Source: an uncultured Caldithrix sp.
Lineage (GTDB): Bacteria; Electryoneota; AABM5-125-24; Hatepunaeales; Hatepunaeaceae
Assembly: GCA_964355675.1 (NCBI GenBank)
Contig: CAYHEC010000010.1
Span: forward strand, 41,160-105,159
Direction of reading: 5' to 3'
DNA length: 64,000 nt
The notes beneath the pieces were generated by a model, which saw only the letters and a list, made by a program, of their open reading frames with translations, was not told where the DNA came from and ran no database searches. The translations under genes were made by a program, and so were the position numbers. The first letter of the stretch is position 1. Each line of letters starts with the position of its first letter. Positions 9,785-19,998 of the stretch are shown here, piece by piece.

Positions 9785-11002
9785 CTACGGATTTGAATAA
9801 GGATGCATTAATTCGATCAGCTGTTTTGTGGTAACTTCTACATTGAAATCGGTCATAACACGACGCCTGCCAGCCTCGCCGATTTGCTGTCTAAGTTCTT
9901 GGTTCTGAATCAACGATTCAATCGCGTCAGCCAATGCCTGGCTATCACGAGGAGGCACGAGTATTCCAGCTTCATCGTGTAACAATTCTAGTATTCCACC
10001 AGTTGTAGTCGAGATTACTGGTATGCCATAAGACATTGCTTCCATAAGCGCGACAGGTATTCCTTCATGCACGCCGAAATCTAATTCAATACTTGGGAGA
10101 ATTACTATATCTACGGAATTGCTCGAATAGCGATTCAGTAACTCTGCATGTTCAAGATGCCCCACAAATTCAACACAACCTCCTATTCCAAGGGTAGTCG
10201 TTAAGGCACGAAGCTCAGCCTCCAAGAATCCAAATCCAGCGAGGATCAATCTACAAAAAACATTTCGTTTGATTAATATAGCCAGAGCGTTAAATAAGTA
10301 AATATGACCTTTGACGGGATACAAATGTGCTGGACAAAATAAAATAATCTCTTCATTTAAATCAAGCAACTTTTGCTTAGATGTTGGGGGAATCCTTATT
10401 CCCATATGAATTACTTTGCAGGATTCGGGCATTTTTTCACGTTGAAGGGATTGACAGAGGTGCAATCCACTTAATGAAATAAACCGAGCAAAGACTGAAC
10501 TCTTCAGCTTCTTATTAAACATATTATTATCAACGATGTCCCACCGGTGTGCAGTGAAACTCCATGGTATTCCTGTCAGATTACTGGCAATCATTGCCAT
10601 GGTTGAAGTTGCAGAAGCCCATTGCGCATGAATATGGTTCACTTTATTTTGAATAGCTACTTGAGACAACCACAGCGCCTTAGGGAAAACCAACATGTTC
10701 TTCGTAAGATGAGTTAAAGAATTACTCTTTCGAATGATTAATAAAAATAGTGAAATTACGTTTATTGGATGTTTCAACAGAACTATAATAGAACTTAATA
10801 ATATCTGAAGCGAGAAGAGTGGTTGAAAAATACAGAATTCTTGTAGTTTCGTTGCACGGTCTTGGACCACCCGACGACTGTCTGGAGATCGTGGAATTAT
10901 CAGTAGGTCTATGTCTTGATTGATAAGTTCCAGCATTTCATCAAGAAAGAACTCCTCTCCCGACCCAAGCGGTGTTCGAACTGTAAGATAAATTAATCTC
11001 AT
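9785..11002 (-). CDS. GT4-family (GT-B fold) glycosyltransferase
   Basis: C-terminal 'EGIPVALMEAMSYGIPVISTTTGGILEL' motif (E-x7-E type) typical of GT4. Confidence 0.85.
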   Translation of the reverse strand: MRLIYLTVRTPLGSGEEFFLDEMLELINQDIDLLIIPRSPDSRRVVQDRATKLQEFCIFQPLFSLQILLSSIIVLLKHPINVISLFLLIIRKSNSLTHLTKNMLVFPKALWLSQVAIQNKVNHIHAQWASATSTMAMIASNLTGIPWSFTAHRWDIVDNNMFNKKLKSSVFARFISLSGLHLCQSLQREKMPESCKVIHMGIRIPPTSKQKLLDLNEEIILFCPAHLYPVKGHIYLFNALAILIKRNVFCRLILAGFGFLEAELRALTTTLGIGGCVEFVGHLEHAELLNRYSSNSVDIVILPSIELDFGVHEGIPVALMEAMSYGIPVISTTTGGILELLHDEAGILVPPRDSQALADAIESLIQNQELRQQIGEAGRRRVMTDFNVEVTTKQLIELMHPYSNP

Positions 11003-11071
11003 AATTCAATTGAATTTAATAATAACAAAAGAGGATTATCAATAAATATATTCTTGAACATAGGTTGAAAG

Positions 11072-12160
11072 TTAGGAAGCATTGGTCAGTAATTTTTGAT
11101 AGTAATCAAATAACTGATCTATAGTAATCGAGTAGTCGTATTCAGCCAAAACCTTATCCCGACCTCGTTTGCCAAAATCCAGGACAAGTTGTGGATTATG
11201 TATCAATTGAATTAGAAGCTCAACAAGACCGTGAACATCACCCGGCGAAAATAAAAAACCTGTAACACCATGCTCAACAAGAAGTGGTATATCGCCAACA
11301 GAAGTTGCAACGACCGCTCTGCCGACAGCCATGGCTTCCATCACGGCGTTGGGCATCCCTTCATCTAAAGATGGATGGACTAAAACAGACGACTTAGCTA
11401 TTTCATGGTGAATATCAAGTGAAATACCTTTCAGTTGTATTACATCAGCGGAATTGTGTTGCTCGATTAGGTCGGATAGGTTGCCGCGCTCAGGTCCATC
11501 TCCAAACATTTCCAAGGATACGGATTCCCCCAATTCCCTCAATGTAAGAACAGCTTGGATCAATGTTGACCAATTTTTGTTCACAAGCAACGATCCAACT
11601 CCTATAATACGAAATGGATCTGTATTTGGCACAGTGTATTCAGGAAGATCTGATTTGCTTAATCCATTTGGAAGAAAGTGAACATGTCGAGGTCGATAAC
11701 GGTGATCAATACAATTTGCTTCGTTTGCTACCGCCATGCTATTGTATGTCATATGCATGGGCCACTTAGCCGAGATTATTCCCTTGAAGGAGCCGGTGCA
11801 TGTTATGGAATGTGCAATACTTCCGCGGATCGAACCCACCGGTAAGGTGGAATTGCCTAAAGAAGCTAATTGAGCAATAAAATTTGTAAAAAACGACCAT
11901 GAGTGTAAAATATGGGGTTGATACGATTCGATTAATTCTCTAAGCCATAGAATTTTACGCCATGAAGGCCAAGCATAATTTGGTAGAAAGAGTGGAATTT
12001 TCGATTCATTTAATCTGCTTTGATAGACAGTATCAGGCGTAGAATTCCAAACAGCTACAGCAATTTGGTGTTTATTGCGATCTATATTATTAACTAATTC
12101 ATATAATTGACGTTCCGAGCCGCCATAACTCATCTGACCGATAAGATAAAGTACTCTCAT
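11072..12160 (-). CDS. GT4-family glycosyltransferase
   Basis: 'MRVLYLIGQMSYGGSERQ' N-terminus and C-terminal 'DEGMPNAVMEAMAVGRAVVATSVGDIPLLV' GT4 motif. Confidence 0.8.
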   Translation of the reverse strand: MRVLYLIGQMSYGGSERQLYELVNNIDRNKHQIAVAVWNSTPDTVYQSRLNESKIPLFLPNYAWPSWRKILWLRELIESYQPHILHSWSFFTNFIAQLASLGNSTLPVGSIRGSIAHSITCTGSFKGIISAKWPMHMTYNSMAVANEANCIDHRYRPRHVHFLPNGLSKSDLPEYTVPNTDPFRIIGVGSLLVNKNWSTLIQAVLTLRELGESVSLEMFGDGPERGNLSDLIEQHNSADVIQLKGISLDIHHEIAKSSVLVHPSLDEGMPNAVMEAMAVGRAVVATSVGDIPLLVEHGVTGFLFSPGDVHGLVELLIQLIHNPQLVLDFGKRGRDKVLAEYDYSITIDQLFDYYQKLLTNAS

Positions 12161-12190
12161 GGGGATTGGAATGTCATAAATTATTAACTT

Positions 12191-13702
12191 TTAAGCGACA
12201 ATAGTTTGTTTCTTATTAATCAATTTGGTAAATGAGTGTACTGGATTCCCTTTGAGATCAATACGTGCAGTCTTCGAGTATTTGACGGATAGCGCATACG
12301 ATTGAACCATATTATAACAAGCTATTGACGAGCCCATACTGAACCAGAGTAGTTTATCATAGCTGCCTTGTGTAGTCAAATTACCTAATAACAATATCAT
12401 GAAAATACTCTGCCATGCTCCGTTAATTGCGTTTAGATGCTTAAATCGGGTTTTATTGGCCACATAAAATAAATAGCCAGCACTCCCGAACATCAGCAAA
12501 TACAGTGCTAATCCAACCGAGCCGGTCTCTGCTAAAATAGAGATATAGCCATTATGTGCAACCAAGCGCAAGTGGCCCTGGTCGAGGGTAGTGGCGGCAT
12601 ATTTTGGTAATAGTGTTTGATAATTTCCAATTCCAACTCCGGCAATAGGGTTGTCCTTCCACATATTGATAGCAGCTTTCCATAGCTCAAATCTCAATCC
12701 TACCGTGTCAGTTTTATTCACAATCGAAGGGATCAGTTTCTCTTGCAAAAAATTCAAATATGCTGGCGGTATAATTACTGCCACAGTGATCAGCAGAATG
12801 GCAATCTTACTTAATACTGGTAAATGTAATATATTTCTATATATATATATATTCAATAGAATTGCTATTAGGAGTAGTAGTATACCGGTTCTCGAACCAG
12901 TGTAAACGGTTCCCATCACCAAAATTAATGCTGCAATCAGATAATGTATATTTTGGGTTCGTTTTGGTTGATTAACCCATAAGTAAATAACCATAATTAG
13001 CGCCACCACAAAATATCGGGCAGACGAGTTCGCTGCACTCATCAATCCGCCTGATCTGATAAACACATCCGTTGAGATTTCGCCAACGAGAATTGCTGCT
13101 ATGGCGGAAATACAGCACGATATTGTAAACCAAATAAATACGAATCGGTTTGAATCAATTGAATTTAGCATGCCTTTTACCATCCAAGCCATTGCGAGCA
13201 ATTGTAAGAAAGTAAGAGTCCAAATTCTACCACCTGTTGGTAACAAAGCTTCAAAATAGGTAATAGTGATCCAAACGGTAAGTAATAACCCATATAGCAA
13301 AGGATAACTATTAGTAAATTTTTTACTCGATTGCGGTAAGATAGTGGGTGATTTAACTATAATAAAAGAGATAATAGTTAAAAAGCCAATAATTAAGTAC
13401 AGTGATGATAAATATGGTATATCAGGAAGAAGATTCTCAATCGGTAATAATATCATTATAAATGCAAGTCCGATAAGTGGTTTTTTAGTAATAATTATTA
13501 TACTTGTTATTGTAAATATAGTCAATCCAATAATTGGGGCAAAGCTAAAAATTGATTTAAAAGACGAAATACCTACTGCTAATCCAGCCGAGAGCAATAA
13601 CGCAATCACCCTTCTGTTGTTCGAGACAGGTCTTGAGGTATCACGACGAATAGCATAAGGATTACGAGGAGCTACTCGTTGTTTTGCTATATTATACTGC
13701 AT
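12191..13702 (-). CDS. O-antigen ligase / polymerase family membrane protein (Wzy_C domain)
   Basis: About 12 TM segments; conserved 'HNGYISILAETGSVGLALYLLMF' motif of the O-antigen ligase/Wzy family; very AT-rich coding sequence. Confidence 0.75.
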   Translation of the reverse strand: MQYNIAKQRVAPRNPYAIRRDTSRPVSNNRRVIALLLSAGLAVGISSFKSIFSFAPIIGLTIFTITSIIIITKKPLIGLAFIMILLPIENLLPDIPYLSSLYLIIGFLTIISFIIVKSPTILPQSSKKFTNSYPLLYGLLLTVWITITYFEALLPTGGRIWTLTFLQLLAMAWMVKGMLNSIDSNRFVFIWFTISCCISAIAAILVGEISTDVFIRSGGLMSAANSSARYFVVALIMVIYLWVNQPKRTQNIHYLIAALILVMGTVYTGSRTGILLLLIAILLNIYIYRNILHLPVLSKIAILLITVAVIIPPAYLNFLQEKLIPSIVNKTDTVGLRFELWKAAINMWKDNPIAGVGIGNYQTLLPKYAATTLDQGHLRLVAHNGYISILAETGSVGLALYLLMFGSAGYLFYVANKTRFKHLNAINGAWQSIFMILLLGNLTTQGSYDKLLWFSMGSSIACYNMVQSYALSVKYSKTARIDLKGNPVHSFTKLINKKQTIVA

Positions 13703-13804
13703 AATTCTTGCATAATTAATCTGGTCACTTTATAGGGGTCTTTTAGGGCGGACAGGAATGTCCGTTCTCCAAGTGAAGTTAAAATATTCTGCCTCCCTTA
13801 ATAA

Positions 13805-14791
13805 TCATGGGTGATTTGGGATGCTTTTCCATCTCATGATGCCATTATATAATCCAAATAGTCCGCCGGTAAATCTCGCCCAACCCGCTACCTGAAAAGG
13901 TCTTCTGATAATATCCCAATAAATAGCGCGAATTAATTCAAGAGATGCAACTCGATACCACTCGCTACGGTAGCTTTTCAAATCGGTTGCCAGCCAGCGC
14001 ATAATATGAGCCCTGCCCCAAGTTTCGTTTACACCTTGCCTCCAACCATTAAGAGCATAAGATTTTGTTGATTTAATAATAGATGGATGGATCGCTAAAG
14101 GCTCATTTAGAAGAAAAAGTTTACCATATCTTCCTGCGGAGAAACTGATAATTGCATCTTCGCCGGTCACTTTAAATTTGAGATCAATAGCAATCAAATT
14201 ATTCAATGATCCGATTTTCTTAATAATGTTTGAGGGGTATGACATCCCACGGCCACTTAATCTATCGACCTCAATCATGTCACAATTATGATCGATATTT
14301 TTAAATAGTAATGACTGTCCGCCAGGAGTCACAATTGGTTTATCACTGATTTCAAATCCCAAATATTTGAGAGTCCAATTATTAGGAATTTCTGTTTCAT
14401 AGTCATACTCCTCGATCTTTACAGTCAAGCCTATTCCCGCAATATTTGTTCCATTTTCATAAAGTAATTCGTACGATTTGACCAATTTATCAATAGTATG
14501 ATCATTGAGTCGAATATCGTCGTCGATAAATAGTACAACGTCGCTAACTGAGTGCTTAAACGCCCATAAACGCTGGTAAGGTAATGATGAGCATTCAGAT
14601 TTTACATATCTAATCGTTAAAGAAGGATTTTCTGCGGCAAACTTATTAATCAGGTCTTCTGTCTCAGTACCAGCAGAGGAATCGCTTACGATTACCTCGT
14701 CCGGTAGTCTTGTTTGCGAGGCAATTGACTGAAGAGTAGGGGTGATTAGAAACGCTCGCTCATGGGTTGCGATACACACACTAATCGTCAT
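13805..14791 (-). CDS. GT2-family glycosyltransferase
   Basis: 'ISVCIATHER...VIVSDSS' and 'DDD' GT-A motifs near the N-terminus. Confidence 0.7.
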   Translation of the reverse strand: MTISVCIATHERAFLITPTLQSIASQTRLPDEVIVSDSSAGTETEDLINKFAAENPSLTIRYVKSECSSLPYQRLWAFKHSVSDVVLFIDDDIRLNDHTIDKLVKSYELLYENGTNIAGIGLTVKIEEYDYETEIPNNWTLKYLGFEISDKPIVTPGGQSLLFKNIDHNCDMIEVDRLSGRGMSYPSNIIKKIGSLNNLIAIDLKFKVTGEDAIISFSAGRYGKLFLLNEPLAIHPSIIKSTKSYALNGWRQGVNETWGRAHIMRWLATDLKSYRSEWYRVASLELIRAIYWDIIRRPFQVAGWARFTGGLFGLYNGIMRWKSIPNHP

Positions 14792-16056
14792 TTTGTAACC
14801 TTGTCATTTTGTATTGATTTATAAAATCTTTGGAAGCTATTAGGCGTGATTCTTTTTCTACTTTTACTCTTCCCAAGCCCGAACTGCTGGACACAATCAC
14901 TGTAATGTTGCTCCACTTGGTCAAGAATTTTAGAAACCGAAAATTGTGATTCGGCTTTTAACCTGCCTGCAAGTCCAAGTCTGGCGGCAAGTTCCTTATC
15001 ATTAAGAAGCTTGATAATTGCCTCGGCAATCTCATCAGGACTTTCAGGGCTAATTAAGAGACCATCCCTCCCATCATCAATTAACTCCTCTCCACTGGTG
15101 CTTCGAGAATAAATTGTTGGGCACTCACAAGTCATCGCCTCGAGCGCCGCCAGACTGAAAGCTTCTGCGAACGAGGGAAGAATTACAACTCCGGCCTGAG
15201 GCAGAACCTCTGATATCAATTGGGAGCGATCAACTGCGCCGTGCATAAAGACGTTGTTACTTTCAGTAGCGCCATATTGCCTCATCAGCATCTCACTCAT
15301 CTTTTCTCCTGATGGTAAGATGGTATCTTTACCAAAAACATGCAATTCGGCTTCGGGCGATTCAATCCTAACTTTAGCCCAGGCAATAACAAGAGATATT
15401 ATACCTTTCTTCTCGGTCATCGTCCCAAAGAAAACGACTTTCAGTGGATCTCTAACAATTGTTGACTTCTTCATAATTATTTCGGCTGGATTGTAAATGA
15501 CATGAATATAACGCTTGTCAAGTTCATAGATTTTATTGAATATTTTGGCTGTATATGCACTGACCGCAATCCTATAGTCTGCGCGATAAAAGGAAGAATA
15601 ATCCAAGAGCGCGGTGATTCGATCTAACTCTCGATTCAATATCGCAGCAAAATACGTGGAAGAGCCGTTACAACGCATAATTACCGGAATTGGTAAGTCG
15701 CCCCAAAATGCACACCAACCACCGTAATCTGGAACTTCGATGAGATCGATTTCGCCTGACAGCGCCCAATCACAAATTTGATGGAATAATTTCCAACGCA
15801 TTCCGATCCAACTAAATCGCATCGAAGGAGCACGTAACCGAAATACTTGTACGCCCTGATCGTTTTCCGAATCAGGAGCTGGGTAAGACTTTGGATAGAC
15901 TCCCACGACACGAACCTGATGGCCACGTCGTGCAAGTTCTCTGGCGAAAAGCTGGACCATCGTGCCTATACCACCATGTGGACCAGGAGGGTATTCGGAA
16001 CAGATAAAACAAATTTTCATTATTTTATTGTTACTCAAAAGACTGATCGATGACAT
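14788..16056 (-). CDS. GT4-family glycosyltransferase
   Basis: 'MKICFICSEYPPGPHGGIGT' N-terminus and C-terminal 'EAFSLAALEAMTCECPTIYS' motif; true start probably the internal Met. Confidence 0.8.
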   Translation of the reverse strand: MSSISLLSNNKIMKICFICSEYPPGPHGGIGTMVQLFARELARRGHQVRVVGVYPKSYPAPDSENDQGVQVFRLRAPSMRFSWIGMRWKLFHQICDWALSGEIDLIEVPDYGGWCAFWGDLPIPVIMRCNGSSTYFAAILNRELDRITALLDYSSFYRADYRIAVSAYTAKIFNKIYELDKRYIHVIYNPAEIIMKKSTIVRDPLKVVFFGTMTEKKGIISLVIAWAKVRIESPEAELHVFGKDTILPSGEKMSEMLMRQYGATESNNVFMHGAVDRSQLISEVLPQAGVVILPSFAEAFSLAALEAMTCECPTIYSRSTSGEELIDDGRDGLLISPESPDEIAEAIIKLLNDKELAARLGLAGRLKAESQFSVSKILDQVEQHYSDCVQQFGLGKSKSRKRITPNSFQRFYKSIQNDKVTK

Positions 16057-17422
16057 TGACTATCCGCTTGCCTGCTTCTCCATCAACTTGCCCACAAATT
16101 AAATCTCGAACGGCAACTCGTTCTTGACGTCTCTTTCCAGGCAGTAATATTGCTTCCTCAACAAATTCGATCAACTCAGAAATGTCATTGGCAGTTGGAG
16201 CGGCTCCGGAAGCATTTATAGGTTCATAATGATGACAATGACAAATATTGTTATAGAAATCATGCTCCTTGGACTCCCTATCAACGTGAAAACCAATATT
16301 TACAAAGGGACGATCCAAAACAGCACAATCGAGCGCTATTGAGGAAGTCATGCTGAATACAACGGTAGCATACCTGATACTATTCGTAAGTAAAGCCATT
16401 TCATATAATCCAGGTGAAGCCCAGATGTTTTGGAGAGATTGACTACTTGCCCAAGGTAAGGACAACGTTACTTCTGGATAGGTCTGAATCAGATTTTGCC
16501 ATCTTGCGAAATTGTCAAACGGGTGGAGACGTAATACCCACTTTATGTCTTTACCATTTTGTATTTTACGAGTATTTTCGATAATAAAGGCTAAATTCTC
16601 TGATTCACGTGGTGTTAAGCTTTGATGATTGGCACAATACAGGAAATATTCCTGGTTTGAGACTAAACCTAATTCACTAAGTGTGTGTTGCAAATCCCAT
16701 TGAAATTTTGGTAAAATATGATAATCAAATTGAGGTGTTCCGGTTATCGTTATTTTACTCTTTGATATATTATAGAATTCAATTAGCTCTTTGGTCATCA
16801 ATTCACTCCATGTCATGTAATGATCAAATTTCGACCAAGGTCGATAACCTGCACTGGTCAGATTGTCAAAAGATAAAATGTGGGTAACAGTTGGTATGCC
16901 GATTTTTTGAAGGGCGCGGAAAGTCAGCCATTCGGATATTGTGCGAAAATTTGTTGAGAATGCAAGTGATAGCTTCAATTTTTCAAGATCCCTAAGCATA
17001 CTTTTAGAAATTAAGGTATTAAATATCTTCTCTTCGAAATTCTTTATTAGTAAATAACCTTTTTCAAAATCAGCGATAGGCGACGCAAGTTTATAATAAT
17101 GTTGACTTAATCTATCATGCAATGATTTGGTATTTAACTGAAATTTATTTTTGACCAAACTGTCGCCAGTATTGATTTGATGGCGATTAAAAAATGATTT
17201 AGTAAGGGAATCCAAAGCTAATCTATGCAGTCTTTTTGACGGATAATCCTGCAATAACCATATCTCAGCTTGTTTCCCCATTGAATTTCGAAAGCTCTCC
17301 TCTGCTTGTGGCGGGATCCCCCAGATAACTTCATATTTTGATTTCAATGAATCAGCAATGCCAGAATTGATAACATTTCTATAAGAAAACGAACTCGGAA
17401 TACTTACCAATATTCTATTCAA
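16031..17422 (-). CDS. Hypothetical GT-B-like transferase (TagF/KpsS/polysialyltransferase-like architecture), candidate nonulosonic-acid transferase
   Basis: 463 aa; C-terminal 'LRLHPFDN ... ALLTNSIRYATVVFSMTSSIALDCAVLDRPFVNIGF' resembles the HP / donor-binding region of TagF- and KpsS-like enzymes; weak call. Confidence 0.3.
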   Translation of the reverse strand: MNRILVSIPSSFSYRNVINSGIADSLKSKYEVIWGIPPQAEESFRNSMGKQAEIWLLQDYPSKRLHRLALDSLTKSFFNRHQINTGDSLVKNKFQLNTKSLHDRLSQHYYKLASPIADFEKGYLLIKNFEEKIFNTLISKSMLRDLEKLKLSLAFSTNFRTISEWLTFRALQKIGIPTVTHILSFDNLTSAGYRPWSKFDHYMTWSELMTKELIEFYNISKSKITITGTPQFDYHILPKFQWDLQHTLSELGLVSNQEYFLYCANHQSLTPRESENLAFIIENTRKIQNGKDIKWVLRLHPFDNFARWQNLIQTYPEVTLSLPWASSQSLQNIWASPGLYEMALLTNSIRYATVVFSMTSSIALDCAVLDRPFVNIGFHVDRESKEHDFYNNICHCHHYEPINASGAAPTANDISELIEFVEEAILLPGKRRQERVAVRDLICGQVDGEAGKRIVNVIDQSFE

Positions 17423-17437
17423 GAAACGATCTCATTA

Positions 17438-19279
17438 TCAAAATTGTTTGTTTATAAACTGTCTGTGCCACAGCTCGACATTGATCCATTGCCAAATAAA
17501 AAAGGCATTGCTGTTATCACCTTTGCAATAACCATCAAATAGTCGCTTCACTTCAGAAACTTTAAAGTACCCTCTGTTTGCAAATTCTGAACTATTAATC
17601 AATTCGATAACCCAAGATCGCAATGGACCTAAAAACCACTCACGCTGTGGAGAGACTACTGCCCGTTTGCCCGACCAACAGAGTTGCCGAGGCAATTTTT
17701 CAGTCATCGTCCTGCGCAAAAGATATTTACCTAAACCATTCTTGATTCGTAAATGACCTGGTAAGCGAAACAAATACTCTACGATTCGATGATCTAAATA
17801 GGGTTCGCGCAATTCGCGGCTAAATGCCATCGATAACCGATCATTCATGCGCAAAACTCTTGGCAATTTTGTCCAACGCAGGTCACGAAATAATATTCTT
17901 CTTAACGAATCAGGGTATGAGCTATCGAAATTTGGCGCCACCATGCCGTGATCGGCTATATCATTACTTACTCCTTCTGGACGAAGGTGGTTTGTACCGT
18001 CTTGATACACATTTATCCAGCCACCATTGCTGAGGATGGATTTTGCCTGAGATAATTCAGTTTTCCAACTTTTACCCAAGCCACGAAGATTGGCATGAAG
18101 CTCCGCCCATATACGATTATGTATTAAATCTGCAAGATAATAGGGTCTCATATAATTATAGCCTGCCAGCATTTCATCGACTCCCTGTCCTTCGAGCAGT
18201 ACCGTAACTCCCATCTCTTTTGCTAATTTATGTTGATAATGATAGGCTATCGTCGAAACCCCACCGAACGGAGCTTCCTGATGCCACATAACCTCATCGG
18301 CAAGCTTTATCACATCGACTGGGGCGAGCCTTTGGTAATTCCTTTTCCAATTTGAATGAGTTATAATACTATCGGCAAATCCCTTTTCGTCATATTGTGG
18401 ATCATCATATCCGGCTGTAAATGTTTGTATTTCGCCATCTTTATCAATAATATCATCGACCGTAACAAGCAGACTTGCCGAATCCAGTCCTCCACTTAGA
18501 TTAACACCTACCGGGACATCACTTCGCAGGCGCAAACGAACCGAATCATTCAATAACCTACGAAATTCTTTCACGACCTCGTCCTCAGGAGCATTTACAA
18601 TATCTAAGGTTAAATCAGCCAAGTCCCAATATCGACAAATAGTGATTTCGCCATCGTTAACTGTCAGCGTACATCCGGGAGGGAGTACCTTTATCCCAGC
18701 GAAAAAGGTGTCGTCTGAATGATCAAAATAGCCATGTACAAGGTAATCTGCCCAAATTCGATGGTTTGGTTCGGCTTTGAAACCAGAGGCCAGAATTGCC
18801 TTGATTTCTGAGGCAAATAGGAACAAATTACTGTTAACTACATAGTGAAATGGCTTGATTCCAAGACGATCACGCGCGCAAAACAAGCAGTTTTTACGCG
18901 GGTCCCAAATTGCAAATGCAAACATGCCGATAAAGTGGTCAACACATTTTTCACCCCATCGATCGTAAGCGGCTAATACTACTTCTGTATCAGTTGCGCT
19001 TCGATAGGGGTAATCAAATAGTTCTTGTTTTAATTCAATATAATTATATATTTCACCATTCAGTACGATCCATCTTCCACTACGCGAATCTTCCATTGGT
19101 TGACTTCCAGAGGTCGAAAGATCGATGATGCTGAGTCGATTGTGACCCAAGCCAACCCGTCCGTCGTCAGAAATCCATGTTCCGTCTGAATCAGGACCGC
19201 GATGATGTTGAACTTTGACCATCGCCAACAAGTCCGGGAGCCGCCAACCCTTGCCGATTATCCCTGAGATGCCACACAT
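17438..19279 (-). CDS. Asparagine synthetase B-like glutamine amidotransferase (WbpS-like sugar amidotransferase)
   Basis: N-terminal nucleophile 'MCGISG' (class II GATase) plus PP-loop 'LSGGLDSAS'; 613 aa. Confidence 0.9.
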   Translation of the reverse strand: MCGISGIIGKGWRLPDLLAMVKVQHHRGPDSDGTWISDDGRVGLGHNRLSIIDLSTSGSQPMEDSRSGRWIVLNGEIYNYIELKQELFDYPYRSATDTEVVLAAYDRWGEKCVDHFIGMFAFAIWDPRKNCLFCARDRLGIKPFHYVVNSNLFLFASEIKAILASGFKAEPNHRIWADYLVHGYFDHSDDTFFAGIKVLPPGCTLTVNDGEITICRYWDLADLTLDIVNAPEDEVVKEFRRLLNDSVRLRLRSDVPVGVNLSGGLDSASLLVTVDDIIDKDGEIQTFTAGYDDPQYDEKGFADSIITHSNWKRNYQRLAPVDVIKLADEVMWHQEAPFGGVSTIAYHYQHKLAKEMGVTVLLEGQGVDEMLAGYNYMRPYYLADLIHNRIWAELHANLRGLGKSWKTELSQAKSILSNGGWINVYQDGTNHLRPEGVSNDIADHGMVAPNFDSSYPDSLRRILFRDLRWTKLPRVLRMNDRLSMAFSRELREPYLDHRIVEYLFRLPGHLRIKNGLGKYLLRRTMTEKLPRQLCWSGKRAVVSPQREWFLGPLRSWVIELINSSEFANRGYFKVSEVKRLFDGYCKGDNSNAFFIWQWINVELWHRQFINKQF

Positions 19280-19998
19280 TATTTATCTATTCCCAATTTT
19301 TTACGCATTAGGACTTCAACCATTGCCATATCGTTTTCGTCATCGACGCCTACAGAGCGTTCGGGAGGCATTATATAAGGAATAATCTTGTGACCCCAGA
19401 TTGAATTTTCTTCCAGTAGAACATCGCGCCGCGTAAGATAAATTGCACCATTCCGCATATACGCTGGGGGAGAGTAATCTTGTCTTCTTGTGCCCTCTTT
19501 TTCCTCAATACAAAATGGCTGAAGGTATCCTTCTTCGATCTTCTTCATTAACATAGGGTGAACCGAAAATACCTGGACTACGCTAATCACAGAGTCGCCA
19601 TTACCTTGTACACCAAGTTTTATGGCTTCCTCAATATCTTGCACTGTTCGGAAAGGTTCTGTTGGCTGTAAAAGGCATATCCAGTCAAGTCTTTGATTAT
19701 CACGCTGTTCAATGAAATGGGCTGAATGCTGGAGAACGGGTATCATGGGAACTTTATCATGGGACAGCTCTGGTGGCCTAATAAATGGAACAGTTGCCCC
19801 TGCTTCCCTCGATATTTGTGCTATCTCCTGATCATCAGTAGAAACAACAATATCGCAGAAAAGGTGCTTTGCGGCAAGAGCGGTTTCTATGGTATAAACG
19901 ATCATCGGTTTACCGCATACCTCGCGCACATTCTTCCGGTGAACGCCTTTTGATCCACCTCGTGCAGGGATAACTGCCAATATTCTTGGGTCTGCCAT
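19279..19998 (-). CDS. Acylneuraminate cytidylyltransferase family (CMP-nonulosonic acid synthetase, NeuA/LegF/PseF-like)
   Basis: 'ILAVIPARGGSKGVHRKN' signature; canonical ATG at 19998 overlapping the upstream stop (TAATG). Confidence 0.85.
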   Translation of the reverse strand: MADPRILAVIPARGGSKGVHRKNVREVCGKPMIVYTIETALAAKHLFCDIVVSTDDQEIAQISREAGATVPFIRPPELSHDKVPMIPVLQHSAHFIEQRDNQRLDWICLLQPTEPFRTVQDIEEAIKLGVQGNGDSVISVVQVFSVHPMLMKKIEEGYLQPFCIEEKEGTRRQDYSPPAYMRNGAIYLTRRDVLLEENSIWGHKIIPYIMPPERSVGVDDENDMAMVEVLMRKKLGIDK

